Below, piece after piece: positions 1 through 8,876 of a stretch of DNA of 42,445 nt. A program made the translations under genes and the position numbers. The DNA is taken from the NCBI GenBank assembly GCA_963657415.1, contig CAVKNF010000002.1, forward strand, positions 1 through 42,445. The letters run 5' to 3'. Position 1 is the first letter of the stretch, and every line of letters starts with the position of its first letter. This DNA comes from a bacterium (GTDB taxonomy: Bacteria > Bacteroidota > Bacteroidia > Bacteroidales > Bacteroidaceae). The notes under the pieces were generated by a model. It was not told the origin of the DNA. It ran no database searches and was given only the letters and a program-made list of their open reading frames with translations.

Positions 1-134
1 ACTTCACTCTCCGATACAAATTCAACTCCTCACGCAACAAATACAAAGGAACGGGAGCTGGAACAGAGGAAATAAACCGCCTGTGACGGGTGTCCCGGCA
101 CTGGCAGTTCAAGTTCCGCTTCCTCTGACAGGAA

Positions 135-716
135 CTATTTTGTCTGGGAGACAATCCGCACGGTTGTAGTGCCATGCACCCGTGTCACCGCCACCTCGCT
201 ATACCTGACATCACGTGTCCATATCAGCGTTCCGTTGTATGTCACACTCTGTTTGCGGGGATACCAACGCTCGTCTATCAGAATATAGCTGTAAACTGTG
301 GTTATCTTGTCCGTCTCGCCCCCGATATGGATATATGTATCACATGAGGAAGTTCCGTCACCCCACAATTTAGGCTCATACAGGCAGGCATTACCATTGT
401 CATCCCTGACAATCATATCTCTTCCTCCGCCATACTGAATGATTTTTTCCTTGACTGAAGAAGAGTCTTTTTGCAGTTTCTGAATGGAATCCGCGGAAAT
501 CTCCGTCCTTGCCATCACAGGCCATGTACTTCCGTCATCGAATTCCACCATGTTTTTCCCCTCGGCATCATAATAACGTATGCCTATCTCGCCCGTTATG
601 GTGAAAACACCCGTAGGGGCGGTAGAGTACTCATCCTCCGTATAGTCCCCGCAGGAAGATGCCAGCAACACGCTGCCCAACAGGAAAAACGCGCTTATCC
701 ATTTCAATCGCCTCAT
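135..716 (-). CDS. Hypothetical lipoprotein
   Basis: 193-aa ORF; basic N-terminus, hydrophobic stretch and lipobox-like LASS-C followed by acidic residues; TACTTTTG box on minus strand at 782-789. Confidence 0.7.
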   Translation of the reverse strand: MRRLKWISAFFLLGSVLLASSCGDYTEDEYSTAPTGVFTITGEIGIRYYDAEGKNMVEFDDGSTWPVMARTEISADSIQKLQKDSSSVKEKIIQYGGGRDMIVRDDNGNACLYEPKLWGDGTSSCDTYIHIGGETDKITTVYSYILIDERWYPRKQSVTYNGTLIWTRDVRYSEVAVTRVHGTTTVRIVSQTK

Positions 717-781
717 ATTCTATAAAAATTATGGGATTTTCATTCCGAAAACCCAGCTTGTCATCATTTTGTATTGTGCTA

Positions 782-809
782 CAAAAGTAATGATTTTATC
801 GTAATTTTG
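782..809. promoter_or_regulatory. Divergent Bacteroidota sigma-A -7 boxes
   Basis: TACTTTTG (minus, 782-789) and TAATTTTG (plus, 802-809) match TAnnTTTG between divergent genes. Confidence 0.65.
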
Positions 810-834
810 TATTCCATACTACCGAAACACATTC

Positions 835-2091
835 ATGAAAAGTCCCTTTTCCCTCCACCGAATCCTCCCCGTCCTTCTCCTGCTGCCGCTCCTGACAGGA
901 TGCAAAGACACCACCAGAACCAGCGAAACCGCACTAAGACACGCACAGACTGACCTCCCCATCGACGATAGCCTGTGCCAGAGAGTTGCCAGATACATAC
1001 TGAGAAAAAACTGGGACGAGAGACTGGCGTTGTATATCTACGACATTACAGCGGAGAAAGCCGTATATGAATACCGCAAAGACTCCCTCATGCCTCCCGC
1101 ATCCTGCATGAAACTACTCACGGGAATCACTGCCATCAAATTGCTCGGCCCGCACTTCCCTTTCCATACCCGCCTATACACCCATGGAAATATCGGGAAC
1201 GGCACACTGCACGGCGACATTGTCATCTCAGGAGGGCTTGACCCCATGCTCACAACCACCGAGTTGTCCGCACTCCTCCAGAACCTCCGCACTTGCAACA
1301 TCCGCTCCGTCACAGGAAAAATCATTCTGGATCTGGATGTAGAGGACATGCCCTCTGACGAGGAACATTGGATTCCGGGAGACCTGAAGAGAAACAAATA
1401 TGGTCTTTTCTTCCAAGGAAAGAAGCGGATAGAGCAGGAGATTAAATCCATACTGCATACCCAGGGTATAGATTTCGCAGAGAAAAATATCACATGGGCG
1501 GAAATCCCGAAAGGCTCGCACTGTATCGGAGCTGTCAAGACACCCATTAAAGACCTGCTGATGAGCATGTGGAAAAACAGTGCCAACGAAAGGACAGAAA
1601 GTCTGCTTTACGCCTTGGGGAAATACAGCGGACACCGTGACTCTCTCCGGCATTACGGAATGGCATATCTGCAACGTTTCATCCACGAGGAACTGGGAAG
1701 AGACAGCACCTCGTACCGTCTCCACGACGGATGCGGCATGTGCGTGCACAACGCCCTCTCCCCCGCCCTCCTTGTAGATCTGCTCCGTTACGCCTGCCAG
1801 AACAGGGATACATACCACATCCTGCTGCGCACCCTCCCCAAAAGCGGAGCGGACGGAACGCTCATCTACAGGATGCAGAATCCGCATACCCACAAACGAA
1901 TCCTTGCCAAGACAGGAACGCTCACCAGAGAAAACGGTGTCAGCACCCTTTCCGGCTATTTCATGGACAGGCAGGGGCATCTTCTCTGCTTCTCCATCAT
2001 GAACAAACACATTCCCGTGGCAGACGCACAACTGTTCCAAGACAAACTTTGTGCGGAATTTCTGGAGAAAAAGGAGAGCCGGATGCAGTAA
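835..2091 (+). CDS. dacB: D-alanyl-D-alanine carboxypeptidase/endopeptidase (peptidase S13, PBP4), lipoprotein
   Basis: SxxK (ASCMK), SxN (SAN), KTGT, DGCG and DGTL motifs; GGLDP; lipobox LTG-C. Confidence 0.9.
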   Translation: MKSPFSLHRILPVLLLLPLLTGCKDTTRTSETALRHAQTDLPIDDSLCQRVARYILRKNWDERLALYIYDITAEKAVYEYRKDSLMPPASCMKLLTGITAIKLLGPHFPFHTRLYTHGNIGNGTLHGDIVISGGLDPMLTTTELSALLQNLRTCNIRSVTGKIILDLDVEDMPSDEEHWIPGDLKRNKYGLFFQGKKRIEQEIKSILHTQGIDFAEKNITWAEIPKGSHCIGAVKTPIKDLLMSMWKNSANERTESLLYALGKYSGHRDSLRHYGMAYLQRFIHEELGRDSTSYRLHDGCGMCVHNALSPALLVDLLRYACQNRDTYHILLRTLPKSGADGTLIYRMQNPHTHKRILAKTGTLTRENGVSTLSGYFMDRQGHLLCFSIMNKHIPVADAQLFQDKLCAEFLEKKESRMQ

Positions 2092-2129
2092 AGAAACACC
2101 AGGTCTCCGCCCCTGCCCCCGCAGAAAAC

Positions 2130-2168
2130 GAAGAGTTCCGATTTCTTTTTGAGAAATCGGAACTCTTC
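2130..2168. terminator. Hairpin between convergent dacB and tRNA-His, probable terminator
   Basis: Perfect 17-bp inverted repeat gaagagttccgatttct (2130-2146) / agaaatcggaactcttc (2152-2168), 5-nt loop. Confidence 0.75.
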
Positions 2169-2172
2169 TCAG

Positions 2173-2247
2173 GGTGCCCGGTGGGACTCGAACCCACGAC
2201 ATTCAGAACCACAATCTGACGCTCTAACCAACTGAACTACGGGCACC
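2173..2247 (-). tRNA. tRNA-His (GTG)
   Basis: Minus strand reads G-GTGCCCG...TCAGA-TTGTGGT-TCTGA...GTGGG-TTCGAGT-CCCAC-CGGGCAC-C; cloverleaf, G-1 and C73 present; CCA not encoded. Confidence 0.97.
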
Positions 2248-2288
2248 ATGAAAAGTGTTACCTTTGGTGGCTTTCTTGAAACCGAGTG

Positions 2289-2320
2289 CAAAGGTACACC
2301 TTTTATTTCTAACTACCAAA
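2289..2320 (-). promoter_or_regulatory. tRNA-His promoter
   Basis: TACCTTTG (-7, 2289-2296) and TTTG (-33, 2317-2320) on minus strand. Confidence 0.7.
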
Positions 2321-2343
2321 CTTTGGTGATAGTTTTTGCAAAT

Positions 2344-2757
2344 TTATTTTGCAGGTGCTGCAGGAGCAGGTGTCTCTGCATTTGCATCAGCAGCAGGAGC
2401 AGCGGCATTTGCCTTTGCGTTAGCAGCAGCGCCTGACTGAGGATTTGCGTCAGCACCAAACTTAGGTGTTGTCACAGGGTTGGTCTTCTCTGTCTGAGGA
2501 GTAGCACCCTCGAATACGCTCTGGTCAGAAGAAGCCTTAGGAGCAACATAAGCGCAAGCGATGCTTATGATAACCAATGCTGCGGCGAGTGACCATGTGG
2601 CCTTCTCCACGATGTCAGTAGTCTTGCGTACGCCAAGAACCTGGTTTCCGCTTGAGAAGTTGGAAGCCAGACCGCCTCCCTTGCTTTCCTGGATTAATAC
2701 GATGCCAATGATGAGGATGGCAACTATCACCATGATAATAACTAAAAGTGTGTACAT
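2344..2757 (-). CDS. secG: Preprotein translocase subunit SecG
   Basis: Two TM helices flanking VLIQESKGGGLAS; VEKATW; Ala/Pro-rich tail; typical linkage to a tRNA. Confidence 0.93.
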   Translation of the reverse strand: MYTLLVIIMVIVAILIIGIVLIQESKGGGLASNFSSGNQVLGVRKTTDIVEKATWSLAAALVIISIACAYVAPKASSDQSVFEGATPQTEKTNPVTTPKFGADANPQSGAAANAKANAAAPAADANAETPAPAAPAK

Positions 2758-2787
2758 CTTATTATTATATTATTTGTTTACACGTGT

Positions 2788-3546
2788 TTATTTTCTGCCG
2801 TGATTATGCGATTTTGCCTTGATTATTTTCTCAAGGAAACGCATTTGGTCTGCAAAGTAAGTATTTTTTTTCGAATTATTCAAATTTAACTGACTAATAA
2901 TTTCCAATGCCTTGGAATAATTGCCTTGTTTGATGTAAATCTTGGCAAGATTCTCCGTATAGTAGCCTTCTCCGAGTTCATCGCGGTCATTCTCAAGTTG
3001 CACCTCGTTATGAGGGGCATCTGTGGATTCTTCGGGTAATTCGTTGAGCGTTATCTTGCCTCCGCTCTTGCCGAGGAAGTTGTCGATGATGCTCGTGGTG
3101 GCAGTCTCTGTGGCCGATGTATCCTCCTCGTCATCGTCCTCTGCTGCGGCGAGCATATATGACACATAGTCCACTGTAGCATCGGCAGCAGTGGGCTTTC
3201 GGTGTTTCTTCTTCGGTTCTGGTTCCTCTTCGGGGATGGTTTCTAGAAAAGAGTCTATGAGCGAGTCTGTACGGTTGGTGCCCGTCACGGTGACTTTTTT
3301 CTCTGGTTTTGTCAGCGAGTAGTGGCGTGCTTCCACTAGCTGAAATAGTTTTGTGCGGTCGGTGATATAGAAGGCAGCACGTCGCAGTTCTTCGTCGAAT
3401 GAAGGGTCATGGAGCAGATACATGTTGTGCAGCATCAGCAGGCGAGCCGACTGATGATAGGGGTAGAGAGCCACGTAGCTGCGCAGGTCGTAGAGCGTGT
3501 CCCTGTTGAGTTGTTCTGGATGTTGTATGTATCTGTTGAGTTCCAT
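2788..3546 (-). CDS. Conserved Bacteroidota TPR-containing protein
   Basis: N-terminal YPYHQ..RLL motif; C-terminal TENLAKIYIKQGNYSKA...YFADQ; sits between lptE and secG. Confidence 0.8.
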   Translation of the reverse strand: MELNRYIQHPEQLNRDTLYDLRSYVALYPYHQSARLLMLHNMYLLHDPSFDEELRRAAFYITDRTKLFQLVEARHYSLTKPEKKVTVTGTNRTDSLIDSFLETIPEEEPEPKKKHRKPTAADATVDYVSYMLAAAEDDDEEDTSATETATTSIIDNFLGKSGGKITLNELPEESTDAPHNEVQLENDRDELGEGYYTENLAKIYIKQGNYSKALEIISQLNLNNSKKNTYFADQMRFLEKIIKAKSHNHGRK

Positions 3547-3549
3547 TTC

Positions 3550-4086
3550 TTACCAATTGGCCACTGTGGCATTGAATATCTGGTCGCATAGTTCTTCCAC
3601 CATCTGTGTGACGAGTTCTTCCTGTACGGATGCGAGGCTCTGTGTTGTCTCGTAGGTGGCGCTGGCAGTAAACTGGCGTTCGAAGTTCTCGCTCTTGTTG
3701 TAGGCGTTCTCAAATCTTACGTTCACCGTCATCGATAGTTCGGTCTGTGCAGAATAGCCTTCTGATGACACCGACTTGTTGCGCTGTGTATACTGCGTTA
3801 TCTCGCCCTCTATCTTCAAGTCGCCGTTGCGCTTCACCTGTATGAGTTTCGTGTGCGAGGCAAACTGGTCTTTCAACTGGTTGTTGAAGAGCGGTGCCAT
3901 AGGTCCCCACACATATGAGGCGCGGATGGGGAAGTCCGCTATCTGTATGGTCTTTGTCTTGCTGTAGTCGATGCTTGCGCCATTAAACTTGTAACCCTCG
4001 AATGCGCATCCCGTGCACAGTAATGTTACTGCGCAGATTGCCGACAGGCAAAGAATGGATTTCTTTAGGTTCCTGATGATGCTCAT
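3550..4086 (-). CDS. lptE: LptE-family LPS assembly lipoprotein
   Basis: Lipobox CTG-C, GASIDY, GDLKIEGEI, C-terminal IFNATVANW. Confidence 0.8.
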   Translation of the reverse strand: MSIIRNLKKSILCLSAICAVTLLCTGCAFEGYKFNGASIDYSKTKTIQIADFPIRASYVWGPMAPLFNNQLKDQFASHTKLIQVKRNGDLKIEGEITQYTQRNKSVSSEGYSAQTELSMTVNVRFENAYNKSENFERQFTASATYETTQSLASVQEELVTQMVEELCDQIFNATVANW

Positions 4087-4118
4087 GTGTGGATGTCAGT
4101 ATATCTTTGGATTATGCG

Positions 4119-5342
4119 TTATTTGATGTCAAACTCCTTGAGCCTGCGATACAGTGTGCGGTCGGAGATGCCCAGTTCCTCGGCAGCCTTCTTGCGGTTA
4201 CCGTCGTTTTTCTCCAGAACCTTCAACAACGCCTGGTGGTTGAGTTCCTTTAGATTCATACTCTGCATCTCCTGCACCTCCACAGCATCGAGAAAGTCCG
4301 GTTTCTCTTGCTTGTGGTGCTGGTCGTTGCTCTTGGGCAGATTATATAGTCTCTCGTCGGTAGGAGTGTTGAATCCCTGTGCGCCGGCGAGTGACCGTTG
4401 TTCGTTTATCTGTGTGCGCAGCGACTTCACTTCCGCCTTCAGAGTGTCGACATTCGACTTCATGTCTATCAATATCTGATAGAGCATCTCGCGCTCGTTG
4501 GCATAGGAGTGGTCACCTTGCGAACCGATAGTAGCCAGTTGCATGCTCTCTGTGTCTACCGGTATGAACTGCTTCAGAGCCTCTGCATCAATGTTTCTTA
4601 CTGATGAGAGTACTGAAATCTGTTCGGTGATATTCTTGAGTTGTCGCACATTTCCAGGCCACTTGTAACTTGTCAGTATGCGCTTTGCGTCATCGGTGAG
4701 TTGAATCTTCGGCATGCGATAGCGCTCTGCCATCTGCAAGGCAAAGAGACGAAACAACAATGCTATGTCGTCACCACGCTGACGCAATGGCGGCACCTGA
4801 ATGGGAATGGTATTCAGACGATAGTACAAGTCCTCGCGGAAACGCCCTTCGCTGATGGCTTTCTGCATGTTGACATTCGTGGCTGCCACTATTCTGACGT
4901 CAGTCTTCATTATCTTCTGACCGCCCACACGGATGTATTCGCCAGTCTCCAGCACACGGAGCAGTCGCGCCTGCGTTGCCATAGGCAGTTCTCCCACCTC
5001 GTCGAGGAATATTGTGCCTTTATTGGCTACGCCGAAGTAACCTTCGCTTTCACCTATAGCACCCGTAAACGACCCCTTCTCGTGTCCGAACAGTTCGCTG
5101 TCAATAGTGCCCTCAGGAATGCTTCCGCAGTTGATGGCAAAGTATTTCTCCTTTCTGCGAGGAGAATTGTCATGGATGATGCGCGGGAAAATCTCCTTGC
5201 CCACACCACTTTCGCCGACGACAAGAACCGACAGGTCGGTAGGTGCGACCTGCAGCGCCACGTCGAGTGCGCGGTTGAGAGCATCGCAGTTGCCCACGAT
5301 GTTATAGCGCCGCTTAATGTCCTGCAGTTTGCTGTTGTCCAT
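4119..5342 (-). CDS. Sigma-54-dependent enhancer-binding protein (AAA+ and Fis HTH, no sensor domain)
   Basis: GESGVGKE Walker A, ELFGHEKGSFTGA, FLDEVGE Walker B, FREDLYYRL, WPGNVRQL, C-terminal LGISDRTLYRRL; start moved to MDNSK at 5342. Confidence 0.92.
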   Translation of the reverse strand: MDNSKLQDIKRRYNIVGNCDALNRALDVALQVAPTDLSVLVVGESGVGKEIFPRIIHDNSPRRKEKYFAINCGSIPEGTIDSELFGHEKGSFTGAIGESEGYFGVANKGTIFLDEVGELPMATQARLLRVLETGEYIRVGGQKIMKTDVRIVAATNVNMQKAISEGRFREDLYYRLNTIPIQVPPLRQRGDDIALLFRLFALQMAERYRMPKIQLTDDAKRILTSYKWPGNVRQLKNITEQISVLSSVRNIDAEALKQFIPVDTESMQLATIGSQGDHSYANEREMLYQILIDMKSNVDTLKAEVKSLRTQINEQRSLAGAQGFNTPTDERLYNLPKSNDQHHKQEKPDFLDAVEVQEMQSMNLKELNHQALLKVLEKNDGNRKKAAEELGISDRTLYRRLKEFDIK

Positions 5343-6375
5343 TGTCTTCCTTTCTCTTTGGTATTGCGAAGCGCATCTTCTCGCCACTGTCAGGACGCTC
5401 GCGATAGAGTTTCTGTAGCGGATTGGCTGTCGGTTCGTCAAACTCCTTGCGGAAACGGCAAGTGTCGATGGCCTGATATATGGCATTGCGCATCAATGAC
5501 TCGTCGGCAAGACCCTTGCCGGCAATGTCGCCATGCGGGTCGCTATTGATGATGACACACACCTCAGGCATGCCTGACAACAATACAGTGCTGCCCTCTT
5601 CTGGTGTAAGACTGCTGATGGACAGTATGCCTGCAAAGGCACAACTGTCATTGCTGTCGGTGAAATCTTTGGCACAATAAGGACCGAAAGCCTGTATTCC
5701 TTCATTGGTCAGGGCTGACAGCGCCGTAGTGATGATGTCCTTCCTGTCATCGATGGTGTCGGTGAGTACGGCTATGCGCGGATTGGATATGCGGAAGTCA
5801 CGTCTGAGTGACTTGTGCAGTGTGCGTATCCTGTCGGCTATGGCATTGCTGTCGGCGGCTTCCTTGCTGTCCGCATCCATAAACATCGTCTTTGATGACC
5901 TGCCTGTGTAGACCTCAAACGCAGAGTTCTCGGAGGCAAGTGCTGTGGATATGTATTTCGTGTCGCCCACAAAACTGACGTTCTCTGCATTGAATGCCTC
6001 GCGCTTCATGGGTGAGCATACCAGTGCATCAAACTTCTTGGCGTGGATATCATTGACGGATTTCTCGAGTGCCTCTATCGCCGAGGCTACCGATGTTTCG
6101 GTGGAAGCACCAAACTCCACGCGCGAGTTGCCTTCAGAACATTTCACCACGTTTATCTTACCGTCCTCGGCATCCTCTGCCTTGTCGATGAAATTAAACT
6201 GACACTGCAGTCCGAGAGTCTTCGCGTGGAATATGGCGGCCTTACGCGAACCATATATAATAGGTATACAGATATCCATCATCTCCGGTTCGGCGAAAGT
6301 CTTCATTATCATCTCGTAGCCCGTGCCGTTGATGTCGCCCTGAGTTATCGCTATTTTAATCTTGTCGTTATCCAT
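5314..6375 (-). CDS. pdxA: PdxA-family protein with eroded active site
   Basis: ITQGDINGTG, PIIYGS, RDF..PRIAVL, GPY and DIAGKG scaffold motifs kept; catalytic His motifs missing. Confidence 0.8.
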   Translation of the reverse strand: MDNDKIKIAITQGDINGTGYEMIMKTFAEPEMMDICIPIIYGSRKAAIFHAKTLGLQCQFNFIDKAEDAEDGKINVVKCSEGNSRVEFGASTETSVASAIEALEKSVNDIHAKKFDALVCSPMKREAFNAENVSFVGDTKYISTALASENSAFEVYTGRSSKTMFMDADSKEAADSNAIADRIRTLHKSLRRDFRISNPRIAVLTDTIDDRKDIITTALSALTNEGIQAFGPYCAKDFTDSNDSCAFAGILSISSLTPEEGSTVLLSGMPEVCVIINSDPHGDIAGKGLADESLMRNAIYQAIDTCRFRKEFDEPTANPLQKLYRERPDSGEKMRFAIPKRKEDNGQQQTAGH

Positions 6376-7432
6376 TGTTCTGTGTTCTAAACATCAGTTT
6401 CTCCTTCGCTGCCGTTGTGAGCAGTCCGCAAGCGGCATATATGTCCTGTCCGCGTGAAGCCCTGATGGTGGTGTTAATGCCATGATTGTTGAGATAGTCG
6501 CGCAGTGACTCCATGGTCTTGTCGTCTGCTCCCTTGAGGTCCACTCCCGGTATCTGGTGGAAGCGTATGAGGTTGACTCTGCAGTCGAGGTCTTTGAGCA
6601 GTCGCACTATTTCGCGTGCATGCGTCATAGTGTCGTTGGTGCCGCCGAAGACGATGTATTCAAATGTCAGGCGGCGCTGGTGAGAGAAGTCATACTGCTT
6701 CATCAGGTTCACGATGTCGGTGATAGACATCTGCCTCTCTGCCGGCATCATCATGGCGCGCTGTTCGGGTATCGGCGAGTGCATGCTGATAGCTACATGG
6801 CAGTCGCTCTCGTCGAGAAAGCGCTGTATCTTGCCCTTCAGACCCACGCTACTCACAGTGATGCGCTTCGGACTCCAAGCCAAACCATAGTCAGCCTTGA
6901 GAATCTCCGTCGCCTTGAGCACGTTGTCAAGGTTGTCCATCGGTTCGCCCTGTCCCATAAACACCATGTTGGTGATGCTCTCTATCTCTGGCAGAGCGTA
7001 GAGTTGATTGAGAATGTCGGTGACAGTGAGACTACCCTCAAACCCCTGCTTGCCAGTCTGGCAGAACAGGCAGTTCATCTTGCATCCCACCTGACACGAC
7101 ACGCAGAGCGTGGCGCGGTCATGGTCGGGGATATACACAGTCTCCACTTGCTTTCCGCTTTCGGTAGGGAAGAGGTATTTCACCGTACCGTCCTTTGACC
7201 GCTGGGCGTCAGCATGAGGCATGATGCCCACGGTGTAACTCTCCGAGAGTTTCTGCCTGTTGGCAAGCGAGATGTTTGTCATCTCGTCAATGCTTGCCAC
7301 ATGTTTCTTGTATATCCACGTGGCCATCTGCCCGCCGGTGAAGGCAGGCATGCCAAGCGATACAGCCAAAGCAGTCAGTTCGGCCTTGGTCAATCCTAAA
7401 AGTGGTTTCTTCTCTGTCACGTCACACATCAT
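6368..7432 (-). CDS. rlmN: 23S rRNA (adenine2503-C2)-methyltransferase
   Basis: DGTVKYLF, TLCVS.QVGC, CxxxCxxC (CKMNCLFC), MGQGEP, FEY, VNLI, RGQDIYAACG. Confidence 0.96.
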   Translation of the reverse strand: MMCDVTEKKPLLGLTKAELTALAVSLGMPAFTGGQMATWIYKKHVASIDEMTNISLANRQKLSESYTVGIMPHADAQRSKDGTVKYLFPTESGKQVETVYIPDHDRATLCVSCQVGCKMNCLFCQTGKQGFEGSLTVTDILNQLYALPEIESITNMVFMGQGEPMDNLDNVLKATEILKADYGLAWSPKRITVSSVGLKGKIQRFLDESDCHVAISMHSPIPEQRAMMMPAERQMSITDIVNLMKQYDFSHQRRLTFEYIVFGGTNDTMTHAREIVRLLKDLDCRVNLIRFHQIPGVDLKGADDKTMESLRDYLNNHGINTTIRASRGQDIYAACGLLTTAAKEKLMFRTQNNG

Positions 7433-7475
7433 TCTTTCGCTAAAGGCGTGTTATGGAAATTCTCCGCCTAAAGCG

Positions 7476-7534
7476 CAAAGTTACGAAAAATCCCACAATA
7501 ATCATGTCTTTATATACGTTTTTTAGTATCTTTG
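7476..7534. promoter_or_regulatory. Divergent promoters for the rlmN operon and GT2 operon
   Basis: TAACTTTG on minus (7476-7483); TATCTTTG on plus (7527-7534). Confidence 0.65.
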
Positions 7535-7538
7535 CAGT

Positions 7539-8876
7539 ATGGATACAATGGAATTGAGCGACTTGGAAATATTCACTTCCTATGGCTCTTTGATTGATGC
7601 CGCATGTGCAGATAGCCTTGCCGGCAAGTGGGTAATGCTGGTTACAAAACCGGATGTCGCATTTGGATATAACGCCGAGCGAAGAATGGTGCAGGTGGCA
7701 GAGAATACTGGCGCGGCACTGCTCTATAGTGACTACTGGAAGATTGAGGCGGGCGAACGGCATTCACATCCGGTCATAGACTGGCAACTGGGAAGCATCC
7801 GCGATGACTTCGATTATGGCAGTGTCACGCTTATGGACAGCCGACTGGTAAAGGAATTCTCCCAGATCGAAGAATCCGGGAAGTATGAGTATGCCGGCAT
7901 CTATGCCTTGCGGCTTTTCCTCGGCAGGAAGGGGCTGGTGTTTCATCTCAACGAATATCTCTACACCGAGAATGAAACCGACCTGAGAAAGAGTGGCGAG
8001 AAGCAGTTTGATTATGTCGACTCCAAGAATCGTGCCGTGCAGGTGGAATATGAAGCCGCAGCAACGCACCATCTTGCTGAAATAGGCGCGCTTGTAGACA
8101 TTGCCAAGCGCAAGACTCCCGACTTCTCTATGGGCAACTTTGATGTGGAGGCATCGGTAATAATTCCAGTCAGAAACCGTGTGCGCACTATCGCGGACGC
8201 TGTGAAGAGTGCCCTCTCGCAAGAGTGCAGTTTTGATTTCAATGTGATAGTCGTCGACAATCATTCCACTGACGGTACGTCTGATATACTGCAACAGTTA
8301 GGTCGTGAGAATGATAGACTGAAGGTGATAACGCCCGAGAGAGAAGATCTTGGCATAGGAGGTTGCTGGAACGAGGCAGTGAACTCTGTCCACTGTGGCA
8401 AGTTTGCTGTGCAACTCGACAGCGACGACATATATTCTTCCCCCGCAACACTGCAGACCGTGGTGGATGCCTTTTACAAAGAAAAGGCGGCCATGATAGT
8501 GGGTTCTTACCGCATATGCAACTTCGATCTCGAGACTCTGCCGCCAGGACTAATAAAGCATGATGAATGGACCGATAGCAATGGTGCCAACAATGCCTTG
8601 CGCATCAACGGACTTGGAGCGCCGAGAGCATTCTTTACGCCCGTGTTTCGTGAACTGCAGATGCCCAACACGAGTTATGGCGAAGATTATGCCATGGGCT
8701 TGGCAGTGTCAAGGCAATACAAGATAGGACGCATTTATGACGAACTCTATCTCTGCCGACGCTGGGAGGGCAACTCTGACGCGGCATTGTCGGTAGAAAA
8801 GGTAAACAGCAATAATCTCTATAAGGATAGAATCAGGACAATAGAGATTATGGCAAGAAAGAAGATGATGAACTGA
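7539..8876 (+). CDS. Glycosyltransferase family 2 (degenerate N-terminal GT-A-like domain plus intact C-terminal GT2)
   Basis: SVIIPVRN, VVDNHSTDGT, QLDSDD (DxD), GEDY; N-terminal LYSDY...GSIRDDFDYG. Confidence 0.9.
   Translation: MDTMELSDLEIFTSYGSLIDAACADSLAGKWVMLVTKPDVAFGYNAERRMVQVAENTGAALLYSDYWKIEAGERHSHPVIDWQLGSIRDDFDYGSVTLMDSRLVKEFSQIEESGKYEYAGIYALRLFLGRKGLVFHLNEYLYTENETDLRKSGEKQFDYVDSKNRAVQVEYEAAATHHLAEIGALVDIAKRKTPDFSMGNFDVEASVIIPVRNRVRTIADAVKSALSQECSFDFNVIVVDNHSTDGTSDILQQLGRENDRLKVITPEREDLGIGGCWNEAVNSVHCGKFAVQLDSDDIYSSPATLQTVVDAFYKEKAAMIVGSYRICNFDLETLPPGLIKHDEWTDSNGANNALRINGLGAPRAFFTPVFRELQMPNTSYGEDYAMGLAVSRQYKIGRIYDELYLCRRWEGNSDAALSVEKVNSNNLYKDRIRTIEIMARKKMMN

Noticed and set aside
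47..128. Imperfect inverted repeats at the window start
   Set aside because: Pairing is irregular and the context is cut off; not enough to call a terminator or RNA.
1..2172. Genomic island integrated at the tRNA-His 3' end
   Set aside because: No duplicated tRNA 3' fragment or integrase in the window; a hairpin follows the tRNA directly and dacB is housekeeping. An element or assembly join beyond the window cannot be excluded.
1228..2219. Alternative ORFs 1228-2202(-), 1731-2219(+), 1997-2212(-)
   Set aside because: They overlap dacB and the tRNA, have no motifs, and are shadow frames.
5343..5486. 48-aa N-terminal extension of the sigma-54 activator as a sensor domain
   Set aside because: It lies within the pdxA-like gene and reads as off-frame sequence; MDNSK is the better start.
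4641..5549. Long antisense ORFs (also 20346-20978, 24280-25284, 32580-33437, 33982-34788, 35951-36718, 39387-40361)
   Set aside because: Mirror frames of well-supported genes, expected from C/G-ending codon bias; no recognisable domains.
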